From: Octopus bimaculoides
Taxonomy: Eukaryota
Direction: 5' to 3'
Assembly: GCF_001194135.2 (NCBI RefSeq)
Contig: NC_068989.1
Span: 77,881,955 to 77,945,954, forward strand
Length of the DNA stretch: 64,000 nt
Of this stretch, positions 38,072 to 52,280 are shown one piece after another; the stretch's first letter is position 1; every line of letters begins with the position of its first letter. The translations under genes and the position numbers were made by a program. Below the pieces are notes generated by a model. That model searched no databases. It had not been told where the DNA came from and saw only the letters and a list, made by a program, of their open reading frames with translations.

Positions 38072-39060
38072 TATCAGGTTGAGTGAAAAGTAAGCAACGT
38101 TTTGAACCAGGAAGAATTTATACAGGGTTTTTTCAGAGTTTTGATTTTTTTTTAATATTTTTTTTTTGCAAATGTCTGATAATACACGCAAAGACCTGCC
38201 CAAATGCATCAATACATTAACATTGATATTTCGTTCACCGTTGTTGCAATCATCTGAAATGGAAATGTCAAAGTGCGATATTCGAGCAATTTTGCTATTC
38301 AACTTCACAAAAGGACGTAAAGCAGCTGAAACTGCGCGCGACATCAACGAAAGGTTTGGTGAGGAAATGACCAATGTGTGGTCGGCTCGAAAATGGCTTA
38401 AACGATTCCGCAGTGGAGAACTGAGCCTTGAAGATCATAAGCATAGTGGACGCCCATCTGTCATAGATGACGGTCAATTAAATACTGCCATTGAGAACTG
38501 CCTGCAACCAAAATCAAAGCAGCTTGACAAATGGATATCACACAATTTGAAGGAAAACCAAAAAAATGTGCAGATATGAAATTCGCTCGTCGCTACTTCT
38601 CCGTAATCAGACCGATCCATTTCTCGACCGTATTGTAACTTGCAATGAAACAATGAGTCTGTGCAATATAAAAAACATTCTTCGCAGTGATTGAACCAAA
38701 ATAAAGCACCGAAAACACTTCCACAAATCTGCGCTCTTTAAAATGACGGTGGTATACTACTGGACTCATACACTATAACTTCTTAAAACCCGGAAAAGCC
38801 ATTACTACAGAAACATATTGCGATGAAATTGCCAAAATGAACGAAGACCTGGTACTCCTCCATCTCAGATTGGTCAACAGAAGTGAGCCAATCATTCCAT
38901 GACAATGCCCGACCATATGTTTCACTTTTGACGCTCCGGAAGTTGAGGGAACTTGGCTACGAAGTTTCCTGCGATGACTTCCAGACAGAGGAGTTCAAAA
39001 ATCAAACCGATGCTGATGGTGCGTTGAAAGAGTGGACGTTATATCGATCCGAACTTTTGA
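38072..39060 (+). mobile_element. mariner (Tc1/mariner) transposon remnant, inactive
   Basis: TA+TCAGGTTGAGTGAAAAG TIR start; HTH IRAILLFNFTKGRKAAETARDINERFG...WLKRFRSG..SLED..HSGRP; WISHNL; FLDRIVTCNE; HDNARP. Stops, deletions, no right TIR seen. Confidence 0.95.
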
Positions 39061-39479
39061 GTATAATAATAGAGTACGACTTGAGGTCATACAGTACCAG
39101 CTAGTACGTTTCTATCGATGACTTCGGTATATAACAATATCCCCTAGAACTACAAGCGTTGTCATAAGACAGAAACAACAGTGGCAAAAGACCGCTTTAC
39201 AACAGTATTTATGTATGTATATGTGCAGATTTGTATGCCGCGTTTTATGTATGTTTTCTCATGCATATAGTTGCATATCTAGACATGCTCATATATATTC
39301 AAATGATAAACTTCTGGAAAGTTTCACGCATTTTTACAATTCCAGTGATGGGTTGGATCTGTAGTGTTCGAATTAACTCCCTCCTTTCTGGTTTTGATAA
39401 GCCTAATTTCTTAAGATTGGTATTTAGGAAGTGTGTTACATATTTCATGCACGTATGTATGCATGCTTTCTCTCGTTTT

Positions 39480-40130
39480 TAAAATTTAAAGTACATTTTG
39501 ACCGGCCACAGACTTGGCGATAAGGTTGTGATGGAAAGTGTCTTGAATTAACCAACATCCTTTGAATCTTAAAGTTTGGCAGCTTTTCATATTCCTCGAT
39601 ATCGTGATCATTTGTAGCATATGAATTAAGGCTTTGCATTCTCCCCCCAAGATTCCAAGTTCAGTCATACTTTGTTCCAGACGGATTGCTATATATCCTG
39701 TTGCTCCAATAATAATGGGTATGAGACTGAAAAATGTATTTGCGATCTGCTCATGAATGGTCTATAGTCATCCGCTTTTTTTTCAGTTTTCCGTCCAAAT
39801 TAGTGTCCAGTGAGCTGTTAATTTCCCAAACTGAACATATCTTTTCTTTGTGGTCCTACATTACAATATCTGACCGCTTGTATCTTAACTTTGTTGGCTC
39901 TTTTGATTTTCAAGTTCGACCAGTATGGTCATCTTCGTTTTGGGGTATTCTCTTTTTTGCTATACTGTTCCACACCGTCCTGGCCAGCGTCTTATGCCTC
40001 ATAGAAAGATAAAATCTGGAAGACATTCTCACACATTTTGCTATAATGTGGTTGATGTATTTAGTCTTAGCCTTCCACAGACAATATTTGTTGTCTCTTG
40101 TATTGTTTTGTGCCTGTTTAAATTTAACTT
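39480..40130 (-). mobile_element. decayed RLE-type (R4/Hero/NeSL-like) LINE 3' fragment
   Basis: The minus strand gives INHIIAKC..., RHKTLARTVW, KRSDIV, EINSSLDTN, PIIIGATG..., ELGI. Confidence 0.75.
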
Positions 40131-41289
40131 TTACGAACAGTCATCAAAAGCAAGAGAAAGATTGTTACCTCAGAAGAAATTCATGATAATATGAAGAGGC
40201 ATCTTGACGAGGAAAACAGTACGATTGTTACTCGTAATGTACTTCAGGATTTTGCTCGATATTCGCATACTGTCTTTGTCTCTGATGTAAGCACTTACGA
40301 AGTATTTAAAATGTTTTCTATGTTTGAATGTGAAACCAGCAAACAACACCAGTTCTATTTCTGGTTAGCAAATACAAATCATATTCGAAAATTGAATTGC
40401 GAATAAGCACTATTATATAACGATGCGAAATACAATTGGCGTTATATATTGGCTTTCCGTTCAATTATATCATTGTAGAAACCTATATATCATGTATGAC
40501 ATTCATTCAGCAAACACACGAATATATTTGCAGCAAGTAACAATTCAAAAGCAACAATGATTTTTGGGTATGCTTGATGTATGCCTTCGTAGGTATCTAG
40601 TGCAATAAATATAATATTACAAATTGCTTGAAGATGAGAGTTTTCAAGTAATACTTATAAAAACTTGCTTTTGGCTTGCGTAACCTCTGTTAGAATTGGG
40701 TACATTTAGGATTGTATTGGAATTTTACGAAAATAGTAATGATTATTTTTATTTTCATTTCGTGTTCTTTGAAGCTTTATTGTTATTATCTTATTATTCT
40801 TGTTTATATGTCTTTATTTATTTTATACGAATGTTGTGTCTGTAATATAGTTACTGTTGATGATGTAACTTTATTATTATAGATAGGAAACATGCAATGT
40901 GAATTCAGGAAAACAACGAATATCAAAATAAAATAACAAAAGCAAAGTTAATCACGGTTCTTGCAGTGAGCAAATGAGTGAGAATCAGATGTAGGCAAAA
41001 GCAAAAATACAGAAAGAAATTATTTCCGTATTGAGGAAAATATGTAGTAAAAATATATATACAAGATCACATACAGTTAAACGCTTTGAAGCTTCCGTTT
41101 TGTCTGCATAGTCTATTCGTGTATATGTTCATCGAATACACTCTGCACCATTGTACAATAATTATCTTTTATTTTAACATCATATAACAGATTACAGAAA
41201 GTTTAATATTTCTCGTAAAATATTTCCTGTTTCAAGTAGGCAGGAATAACGGTGTAACCTCAATATTACTTCAGTCCTAAGGCTGTGAG

Positions 41290-41490
41290 CACGCAAAATC
41301 GATAGCATGCCAGGCGAAAAGTTTAGTGACATTTTGTTACTCTTTACGTTCAGAGTTCAAATTCCGCTGATGTCGACTTTGCCTTTCATCCTTCGTGGGT
41401 CGATAAAGTAAGTGCCAGTTGAGTGGAGAGATCAATAGAATTGACTTACCTCCTCCAATGATATTGCTGGCCTTGAGCCAAGCTTTGAAA
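41290..41490 (+). mobile_element. SINE family 1
   Basis: AAAATCGATAGCATGCCAGGCGAAA...TTACGTTCAGAGTTCAAATTCCG...GACTTTGCCTTTCATCC. Confidence 0.88.
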
Positions 41491-41737
41491 TGACTATTTC
41501 AATCTTACGTACTTAAGTAGGAACATGCCGATATATGTGTGTGTGTTTGTCTCTGTATGTATGTAAGCGTGTATGTATACATGTATATATGTATTGATGT
41601 AAGTATGTGTGTTAGTGATATTGGTGTAATAAAACTCACTAGACATATTTGAAGCACCAGACTTTCCATAAAGAATCTTGCGAACCAAATACAAAAACAT
41701 TGTATAAATAATCTATTACCAGTGGTTCGGATGTGTA

Positions 41738-42525
41738 ATAAAAGTCGTAAGACGTAAAATATTTGTTTATTAGATTGTATAAATAAACAAAGAGAAGACC
41801 ATCGATAGGACTTCTTCGATGCTAGAAAGAATAGTAGTAACCCAAACCACGAAAAATTCTTAAGGAGCGTTGCTTAATAAAAATACAGTAAATTTTAAAA
41901 TCATGAGTTTTGGTATTAATGGCCAAATAAATCAATTAATGAATTGATCCAATAGCACCATGCCTTAAAAATATTTTCGTGGTTTCGGTTCTGACTGCTC
42001 TTTCTAGCACGTAAGAAGTCCTATCGATGGTCTTCTTTTTGCGTATTTATACAATCTTATAAACAAATATTTTCCGTCTTATGACCTTTTACCCGTATAT
42101 TGATATAGTTAATTTTTTTTTAATTCGTAGGCCAGTTAGTACAGGATTGAATTATTCACTGCTATACTATTCGGGCTTTTCGCGTTGGTACAGGAAATTT
42201 GAATCTATGATGCATAAAGATGGATTTGATTGCGCGCCCATTTGTTTTGTGTTCTCGGTACGTATTTCAGTTTCACAATTACGTATTTTTTCCCAGCGAC
42301 CTTACTGACGAGCTACGGATGGCTAATTGATCAATTGATTAATTTATTTATTTGGTTATTGATAGAGAAACTCATGAGTATAAGGTTTAGGGTACTTTTA
42401 TGCATTATAGTGACCACAAGCAACGTTCCTTAAGAAAATATATATTTTCGTGGTTTGGGTTGTGATTGCCCCTTCTAGCATGTAAGAATTCCTAGAAACT
42501 GTCCTCTCTTTGTGTATTTATACCC
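41738..42525. repeat. compound inverted repeat (foldback/MITE-like)
   Basis: 41738-41865 is inverted at 41963-42091 and again at 42418-42525; 41898-41960 is inverted at about 42320-42385. Confidence 0.85.
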
Positions 42526-44279
42526 TTTACTAAATATATATATTATCTATCTATCTATCGATATACACATATATATATACACACACGCATATATATATAT
42601 ATATANNNNNNNNNNNNNNNNNNNNNNNNNNNNNNNNNNNNNNNNNNNNNNNNNNNNNNNNNNNNNNNNNNNNNNNNNNNNNNNNNNNNNNNNNNNNNNN
42701 NNNNNNNNNNNNNNNNNNNNNNNNNNNNNNNNNNNNNNNNNNNNNNNNNNNNNNNNNNNNNNNNNNNNNNNNNNNNNNNNNNNNNNNNNNNNNNNNNNNN
42801 NNNNNNNNNNNNNNNNNNNNNNNNNNNNNNNNNNNNNNNNNNNNNNNNNNNNTATATAATGTGTAAATAATATTTGTATACGGATGTATGAAATTTCAGA
42901 CTCGTCTTCCTTACGAATAAAATCTCGGAAGGAACGTGATGATTTGTTTAAAACCAATAAATATGGAAAACTGAATACAAAATCCGACAGGAATATTAAT
43001 TTTATTTCTCATGCAGTGCCTTAATGTCTACATTTCTAATTCTTCTCTTCTTTATGAAAACTCGTGTATTCGAATCTTATCTTTAATGCTGTAAATTTTC
43101 TTATTATTGTCTCGTTTGTTTTCTCATGTCTGTACAAATTTAATCATAAGTCCGTTTGTTGTAAAATATGTGAAAAATTTTATAGAAAATATAATTGCGA
43201 TTTGAAAATATTTGCACTCTCTACAGATGAATTAGACATTCTTACTATTAAGTTAGAGAAAATAGTTTTCTTTCAGTCTCTCGTTTTCCCTCTTTTTTGC
43301 CCCTTCATTCACTCTTAATTCACCCTCCCATTCTTCCATATTTCTAAACCTGTATTTTGTAAGATTTTTCGATCTTCATAAATTATTTCCTTATTACGCT
43401 GCATTTTTGTTTCGTCTCCTTTTAACCAATGAAAGGATAATATCTGTCATACATATCTATTATGTCTCAAGCTACTGCTATCTAGTACCTTCGGATGATC
43501 TCTACTCAACCGCTACACAACTGATACTCGACTGCTATTCGACTGCTATTCAATGGCAACTCCACACTCCTACCACGGTAAAACTACCTCTGTTTATATG
43601 TCTTGGGAGATCCTACTTCTTCGCCTGGGCTGTCGAAACAACAATATCCTTACTCATATATGATGCCACTATTTTTTGTAAAATTCTGTAGCAATGTAAC
43701 AATAAAACATTAATGGAGCAATAAAATAATGAACTTTAACATCACGCATTTAACATATATTCCCGTAGATTATTCCTCATAAAGAAGTCGTTAACATTTT
43801 TAATGAATTTAACAGAGGAACATTATTTATAAGTACACTAATTATTGAGGAGAAATTATTATTTCAGTAATTTAGTAATTATTGTCCATAAGAAGAAACA
43901 GCTCTAGATTTGAAATATTACAATTAATTAGCAAATAAAATGTGGCTACGAGGACACTAACATGCCGATATTTGAAGGAATCTCGCAGTTCAATTGAACA
44001 CCTTGAAGTTAAAACGTAGCCTATCAAACTGAATTTCAAACATAATTTCAGCAAAATGGTCAAGGAGGAAAATAAAATTCCTGAAGTAGGGTAGCTGGAA
44101 AATGAGATATGTTTCCTATCATACAGTAATGTTCATGTCTTACGTACTTCTTTCTCACTAAACCTCGCAAAAGCTACAAAGCATTCAAGTAAACCATTCA
44201 TTGATCATGTGAACCCTTGCAACGAATTCATAATTAACGTCGTGCTTCTAATAATAATAATACTAATACTAATAAAAAT

Positions 44280-44318
<39 letters not shown>

Positions 44319-44480
44319 AATAATAATAATGCCTCGATACAGTACCAGGCAGCGGCCCTCGTGATATCTGATCTTAACTGATTGGAAGTGTTATCATGTA
44401 CATTGTTTTGTTATGATATAAAAGATGAGCTACATCAAATGTTGTGCTCAATACCACAATACGAAAATAAACATCACTTA

Positions 44481-45028
44481 AAAACGCAAAAAACAAGAGA
44501 AACAAATAGAAAACAGGACAGGTAACGTAAAGAACTACCCTTCATCAGTTGCCGGTTGTCTATCTACTCCTCATTCCGAAAACTGAACGACAGTATGAAT
44601 CCCTGAACACAGTTGCTCCCATAAATACCAAAATAAATTTTGGGATTTATGGAGGGTCGATGTTGGGAACAAAAACAAGGCATACACGTGACCATCTTTC
44701 TTTTCTTCCTAAGGAATGGACGTTTTCCATCTGACTCTTCTATCTTTTCTCTTTTCAAAGAAAATATTTCTCCAGCATTCGCTATTTTACCCTTATTCTG
44801 GTCTAACGTCTCTCCATGTTTCTTTGCATTCCTTTTTCTTGTATGTCTCCATTGTCCTGTTTTCTTCCCAACTTTTTGGTATTTATGGGAGCAACTGTCT
44901 CGGAAGACTCATATTGTTGTTCAGTGCTCGAAATGGGGAGTAGATAGACAGCCGACAACTGATGAAGGGTCGTTCTTTGGGATACTTGTCCTTTTTTCCA
45001 CTGGTTTCTCTTTTTTTTTGAGCGTCCT
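44481..45028. mobile_element. foldback element with arms of about 155 bp
   Basis: 44481-44635 (AAGAACTACCCTTCATCAGTTG...GTTGCTCCCATAAATACCAAAA) versus 44873-45028 (TTTTGGTATTTATGGGAGCAAC...CAACTGATGAAGGGTCGTTCTT). Confidence 0.85.
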
Positions 45029-46689
45029 GTAGCCATATATACATATGTTTATATATATATATATATATGTATATACATATATATATNNNNNNNNNNNNNN
45101 NNNNNNNNNNNNNNNNNNNNNNNNNNNNNNNNNNNNNNNNNNNNNNNNNNNNNNNNNNNNNNNNNNNNNNNNNNNNNNNNNNNNNNNNNNNNNNNNNNNN
45201 NNNNNNNNNNNNNNNNNNNNNNNNNNNNNNNNNNNNNNNNNNNNNNNNNNNNNNNNNNNNNNNNNNNNNNNNNNNNNNNNNNNNNNNNNNNNNNNNNNNN
45301 NNNNNNNNNNNNNNNNNNNNNNNNNNNNNNNNNNNNNNNNNNNNNNNNNNNNNNNNNNNNNNNNNNNNNNNNNNNNNNNNNNNNNNNNNNNNNNNNNNNN
45401 NNNNNNNNNNNNNNNNNNNNNNNNNNNNNNNNNNNNNNNNNNNNNNNNNNNNNNNNNNNNNNNNNNNNNNNNNNNNNNNNNNNNNNNNNNNNNNNNNNNN
45501 NNNNNNNNNNNNNNNNNNNNNNNNNNNNNNNNNNNNNNNNNNNNNNNNNNNNNNNNNNNNNNNNNNNNNNNNNNNNNNNNNNNNNNNNNNNNNNNNNNNN
45601 NNNNNNNNNNNNNNNNNNNNNNNNNNNNNNNNNNNNNNNNNNNNNNNNNNNNNNNNNNNNNNNNNNNNNNNNNNNNNNNNNNNNNNNNNNNNNNNNNNNN
45701 NNNNNNNNNNNNNNNNNNNNNNNNNNNNNNNNNNNNNNNNNNNNNNNNNNNNNNNNNNNNNNNNNNNNNNNNNNNNNNNNNNNNNNNNNNNNNNNNNNNN
45801 NNNNNNNNNATATATATATATATATGTGTGTATGTATGTATGTATGTATGTATGTAGGTAAATATAATAATTCAATTGACTACAAGTAAACGAATTGCTA
45901 AGCGGAGAAGAAATACATACTCTGTGAACTACCTGGAAAAGCTTTACATTGCTGAAGCCGTAATACGGAAAAAAATCCTAGGAAATGCCAATTTTCTACG
46001 TAAACGTTAAGGCGAACGGAAAAAAGAAATGTTTATGACCAAATATATTCTAGTTCACCTTTACATTCGATAATTTACATGGAAATGTGTACACATGAAT
46101 TATAGCAGAGACGTGCATATCTACAACCACACAAATCGCACTATTACAATGCGCTACACAGGGTGATTCAATGCAATGGTAATATACCCTCTCAAAAGAA
46201 AACCGCTGTATGAATCTTAGGTATACATAGCTGTACACAGTTGTGCAGTGAAATATCTTCAAATGGATTTAAGACTTTTCAGAAAGAAAAAAAAACAGTA
46301 AGAATTGTCCTCATCGTGAGAAGACATTTTCATCGTTTAAACTTAAAGATATAAAACATCCCTGGAAGCAAATATCATTCCTATTTTCTTGGACTTCTTT
46401 TTTTTTTGCTTTTTGGATACTTTGCAGTTCATATTAAGTGCGTATCCAGTAGTACATAACCATTTGTATTCTAAATATACCACGGCTCATAGAACGCAAC
46501 AACATCCAGCAATAACAAGCCAGTGAAAAACGATGGACGAAACATGAAGATAGACATTATGCTACACGAATGCATATTCATAATAACTGCAAGCGTGTTG
46601 TGCAGCTGATTAATGCATTTGCACTGAACACATGATTTTTAAGATTCTTCATGCAGTGAACAAAAATAGATTGTCAGAAAAATGAAATA

Positions 46690-46905
46690 TTGAGCGCTAC
46701 GCAATTTAGCAGTAAACCACACAGCAATAAAAAACATTATTTGTCGAGGCTTATAAAGGAATCTGGTCATAGCCACATTAAGAATATATTTTCAAATTGT
46801 AGAATGGAGAATAACGATAGCAAGCTAACAGTATTAATGGTTCAAAATCTTCGCACAAGGTCAGCAGTTTTAGCCGAGGGTATATCTCGATTACATTGGC
46901 CCTAG
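46690..46905 (+). pseudogene. possible decayed LRR segment
   Basis: The ORF contains HSNKKHYLSRL (resembles NKNHLSHI) and SHIKNIFSN...SKLTVLMVQNL. Confidence 0.3.
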
Positions 46906-47134
46906 TGTTTAAAAACTGTTTATTTATTTATTGTAAATACTCCTAAACAATGAAAGACATATTCGACCCCAGCAGTATAAGTGGAGCGACATGCCGCTAA
47001 GCATACTCATGTGGCCGCCTGCTCATCGCCCGAAACTAACATTATTACAATTACTAAAGTAATAGTAATAATGTTAGTAGTAGAAATAATTATAACAAAA
47101 GTAATGTAAACACTAATCACCGTTGCAATGCGTG

Positions 47135-48410
47135 TTGCAAATTTTGGCAGAAGTCCAGCAATTTCGGCGGTGGGGCAAGCTGATTACATCGATCCATGTG
47201 CTCAAATAGTACTTATTTTATCGACCCAGAAGGGATGAAAGGTAAAATCAACTTCGACGGATTTTAACTCCAAATGTAAAGGCGGACGAAATGACGTTAA
47301 TCATTTTGCCCAGCGTGCAAACAATCCTTCCAACTCACTGCCTGGACGGTTAATAAGGAAAAAAAATAATGAGATTAGTTACCATAATCGTAGCAAAATT
47401 ACTGGAATCTCATAATAATAATAATTATCCTTCCTACTAAAGGTACAAGCCCTGAAAGTGTGGGGCAGTCGTTAAGACGGTTACGTTGACTCCAATAATC
47501 ACTTGGTACTTAAATTATCGACGCCGAGATGATGAAAGGCAAAGTCCACTTTGGCAAAGTTTAAACTCAGAACCTAGCAACAGGTGGGGGCGGGGAATGA
47601 ATCGATTTCTTCGACCCCCCAGTAATTGACTGGTACTTATCAACCCCAAAAGGATGAAAGGTAAAGTCGACCTCGGCGGAATTTGAACTCTTATCAGAGA
47701 CAGGCGAAATACCGCTAGCCATTTCGTCCAGTTCACTAAAATTTCTGCCGGCTTTTCGCCTTGATTTTAATAATGATAATAATCCATTCTACTATAGGCA
47801 TAAGGCCTGGAATTTATGGGGAGGAGACAATCGTTCACATAGACCACAGTACTTGACTGGTACTTATTTTATCGGCTCCGAAAGGATGAAAGTTAAAGTC
47901 GACCTCGGTGGAATTTGAAATCAGAAGGTAGTAACGGGCGAAATTTTGTTAAGGATTTGGTCTAGTGACCAAACGATTCTGCCAGCTCACCGCATTAATT
48001 TAAATAATAATCCTGTCTATTCGTAGCACAAGGCCTCAAATTTTGGGAAAGGGATTAAGCAGATTACATCGACTCCATTACATAACTGGTTCTTAATTTA
48101 TCGATCCCGAAAGGATGAAACTCAAGGTCGACTTCATTTTACGATCTTTTCATTTTAGACAGAATCAGTTTACTCCTCCCATGTGTTTCTTCAGGATATA
48201 CACGAGCATACTAATGTGGTGATCCGGTAGGATCTTTAGCATGCAAGGAAAGCTGCTTTGCGGTGTTTATTCTCCTTTTAAATTCTGAGTTGAAACACCA
48301 CCGATATTTCATCATTTCGAGATCGATAAATAAGTACCAGTTGAATACCGGGGTTCGATGTAATCGACTTACACCCTACCCCTAAATTGATGGCTTTGTG
48401 CCAAAATTTA
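47135..48410. mobile_element. cluster of six family 1 SINE copies (five on -, one on +)
   Basis: The GGATGAAAGG.AAAGTCGAC core recurs at about 47233, 47530, 47652, 47883 and 48113 (- strand); a + copy lies at 48225-48410. Confidence 0.9.
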
Positions 48411-50041
48411 AAACGCGATTATGTTTGCTGAGTACGACTGCTGATGCAAAGAATATCCTTAGATTTTTATAAGCTCTCTTATTTTTTTTTTTTTTCATAT
48501 CTCTCGCTTTATTTCGATCTCCATGCGTCGGGTTGACTCACAAATATAGGGCGGGCATTTCTACTTGTAGAAAGCCTTAGTAACTATGTTGCAGCCTCTA
48601 TTAACAACATAGTGGCTACGGTAGAGGTGCATAGATTGTTATTACTGGTGGCGGTGGAGGTGGTGCTGGCACTATTAACATTACTATGATTCGCGATGGA
48701 GACAGTAGCAAATGAGAAACGGTGTGGCTGTCTGTATTGTAAGTTAATGTTTATGCTGTTCTTAGATTTTGATCATCCCTCATTGATTAGATCTATGATC
48801 AATCGTGGTGAAGCCATTTAAATATAAAATGATATAAGCACGTAGAAGAGATGGTGACTGGATGTTGCAACTGCAATAAATCGGTAATTTTCGAAGTTAA
48901 TTTTACTACCGATTATTCTGGTCTTCTCTGCTTCTATACTTCCATCATTTGGTAAAGTTCTTCCTTTCACACATCCATCCCTATAATTTTCTACCTCAAC
49001 AGTTATTTTTGTTGTAAATATATTTAAAAAAGAAAATGGCACTAAAAACAAGTTTATAACGTTTCCAAGAATAAAATTAAATAAATAATAATGTACTTCA
49101 TTAGCCAAATCAATTTTAGAGAGCTATAAATTTTCTTATTTGAGTTGGATCTAATATTTTATGACGCTAGTCACTGCAAAATTCTGGTAAAATATATTCA
49201 TGAAACTTTAGCAAATTGAAAAAATAATTTATTGTATTTAATGTGCAATGTTATTTATACTAATAATGTAAGACTATAATAAGTTACTGCTCAAAAAGTT
49301 ATTGGCCGACATTGCTGTTGAAGAAATAAATTCTTAGACACATATATCAGCCAAAATACGTCAAATATATTGGTAGCCAAACTTACCGCAACATAAACGA
49401 TTAATAAATTTCACTCCAGTTCGGCAGATGTGAACACATTTCTACCACTAAAAAGGAAAATAAGATATTTTATTTAAAATCTCTCTACAAAAATAAATAA
49501 AAGCATTCCAATAGAACGCCATCGTCGTGAGCAGAAGTCACTGAGAAGACGCGATAATTGAAATGGATTTTTTTATGAACACGAAGTATTTTTGTGGTCG
49601 AAATCGATGATGGCCATTGCAATAATTCAGTATGCAAATTAGTATAATTTTCTCATTGATATATATTTGAAACTGATGTTTCTTTTCGATGTAATTTCAA
49701 AATGAAGACTTATGATAGATATTTGTATAAAGCGTGATGCACACATACATACTTGAAGAAATGTTATTTTAATTAAGAAAAACACAGATAATACCATTAT
49801 GCTGCAAACACATATTAAAACGCATGTAAAAGAGTGTTGTGAATATGTTATAAACGGTTTAGAGATATGCAAATCGTGTTCGGGATGCTAAAAGTAAAGT
49901 ATTGTATGGTGTATGTTTTCAGCTTGTTTTAATTTGTATAAACAAGAACAACATTCAAAAGTGGATGTTGGCTTCATTTATAGATAAGTAAACAATTAAC
50001 ATTATTATAATTCTTTATATTCTAAACACGCATTGATGCAT

Positions 50042-50072
50042 ACATGCATACATACATACATACATACATACA

Positions 50073-50100
<28 letters not shown>
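50042..50100. repeat. (CATA)n microsatellite
   Basis: Direct reading. Confidence 0.95.
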
Positions 50101-50105
<5 letters not shown>

Positions 50106-50754
50106 GTATTCAACTCGCTTTGAACTGACAGACATATATGCCATTACTGATAAATCTAGGCTTGTGCAAACGTTTACGTCTAATAGTCTTGCACAACGCA
50201 TCACAGGCCCTCTCTAGGCTATTGACACGATCCAGAGACAGACTTAGGCAACATGTGGGTCGTAGGCTCGGGAATGAGGAAGCACGATGATCTCAAATAC
50301 AAGCAAAAGATACCAAAAATGTCCAATAACATTGTATATTCGGTTTTATATCAGAGTAACTTTCAAAAGATATACATTAATAAAAGCTGAGGAATGCTTC
50401 AATTTCGGTGGTCACACAGCGCGCCGGTAACCTGTCCGCAAGTTCTAAGTACCCATGGTATTTATAGAGTCATTGCACCTACAGAGGATTCACGCAGCCC
50501 CTGTTCTTTTTATTTAGTCAGATAACTCATGAAGTATTTTACGAGTGCTACTGATAACATAGAATCCAGTACAACATGTTGCATGGTCGGGTAGTTGGAA
50601 AACTAGCACTTGTACCGGGCTAGCCTAATGAGGAGGGTTGTTAGAAAGCCAGCTGGACTACAAATAAAACTTGTCAAAAGGTCATATGTACATACACACA
50701 CAAACTCACCCGGACACAGACAAACACACACGCACAGACAAACACAGACATATC

Positions 50755-50793
<39 letters not shown>

Positions 50794-51989
50794 GTGCATT
50801 TATCCATGTATACATATATCATTGGCATAAGATTTCAAAATACTATGTAGGAGATATACATGATCCAATCGATTACAACGCAGTTTCCTAAAATCAAGAT
50901 TTTTTTAAATGCATAATTTGAATGGTTAGCTTGAACTATTGGGATTTAAATAGGAGATTTGACGGGGACACTCTAGAAACTATATGTTATGTTTATCATT
51001 TTTGCAGTGAAGTAAGAGTTTCTAACATTGTTGATTAAACCTAAACTAATAATTATTTTAAAATTTTTAGTGAAAGAGTTAGGCACTGCAATGCTTCATA
51101 CATCTAACATCAATAAACTTGATATAGTTCATTATATAGAAATTTATGCACAATCGTTCAAATACTGTCATTTGTATGTTCTCTAAGTAGTTTCCCAATT
51201 GAAGTTTAATGTATTTCCTACTGTGGCTTAAATTTATTTGTACATCTCATATTTCATTCATGAGAAGGGCTAAATTCTTACCCTAGGAAAACAACATAAA
51301 CTTTATCTGAAATTATTTGTTCATTACCATAATTTCAATTAACAAATATATTGATGAGAATTTGGAAAGTAGACTTAACGACAAAATAATAGTGTTAATA
51401 TCCAGTTAATTAATACAGCTTGAAAACGACCAGGGGGTAACACATTTTTCAGGAATTTCTGTAATGCTTATATACTAGAGAAATTTTCGTCACCAGTTAA
51501 TGACAGGAAACAATAAAAATGCAATGATTTCTAATAACGTGTCTGTCAGGCTGTAACAAGTAGGTTTGAGGCTACGAACCAATGACAACCATTTTGACTC
51601 ACGGAAAAATAATTAGACCTCAACTATTCAGCTGTCTCTTTGTCCATCCTTTGGAGATCAAGTTTGGCATGTATTCAATATAACTGCATGCGATGATATA
51701 GAAATGATATATTTTGTATGTGTGTTGATAACATAATACTATATTTACGAATATGTTCTCATTACATCGGATATTAAATAAACAATAATATTTCTATAAA
51801 GATTGACACTACGGAATAACTGACAATTAACACATATTTTGCTAATTATTCCACTGCTGCATATCACAGTATTTTGTTTCATCTTGCAGTGGACTGTGTG
51901 ACATTCCTGATTAAAAGCCTTCTGTAGTTTTTTCACTCTTATTATCTTTTATACATCCAACCACGTGCTTTCACATACCAACTTTCTCA

Positions 51990-52170
<181 letters not shown>

Positions 52171-52280
52171 TATTATACAGGATCGAACAATTCACGAGAA
52201 ATGATATGCTTCTCGAAAATTAATCTGCTAAGATATTATTAATTTTGGTATTATCCAGAATGACTATTTTAATGACTATT

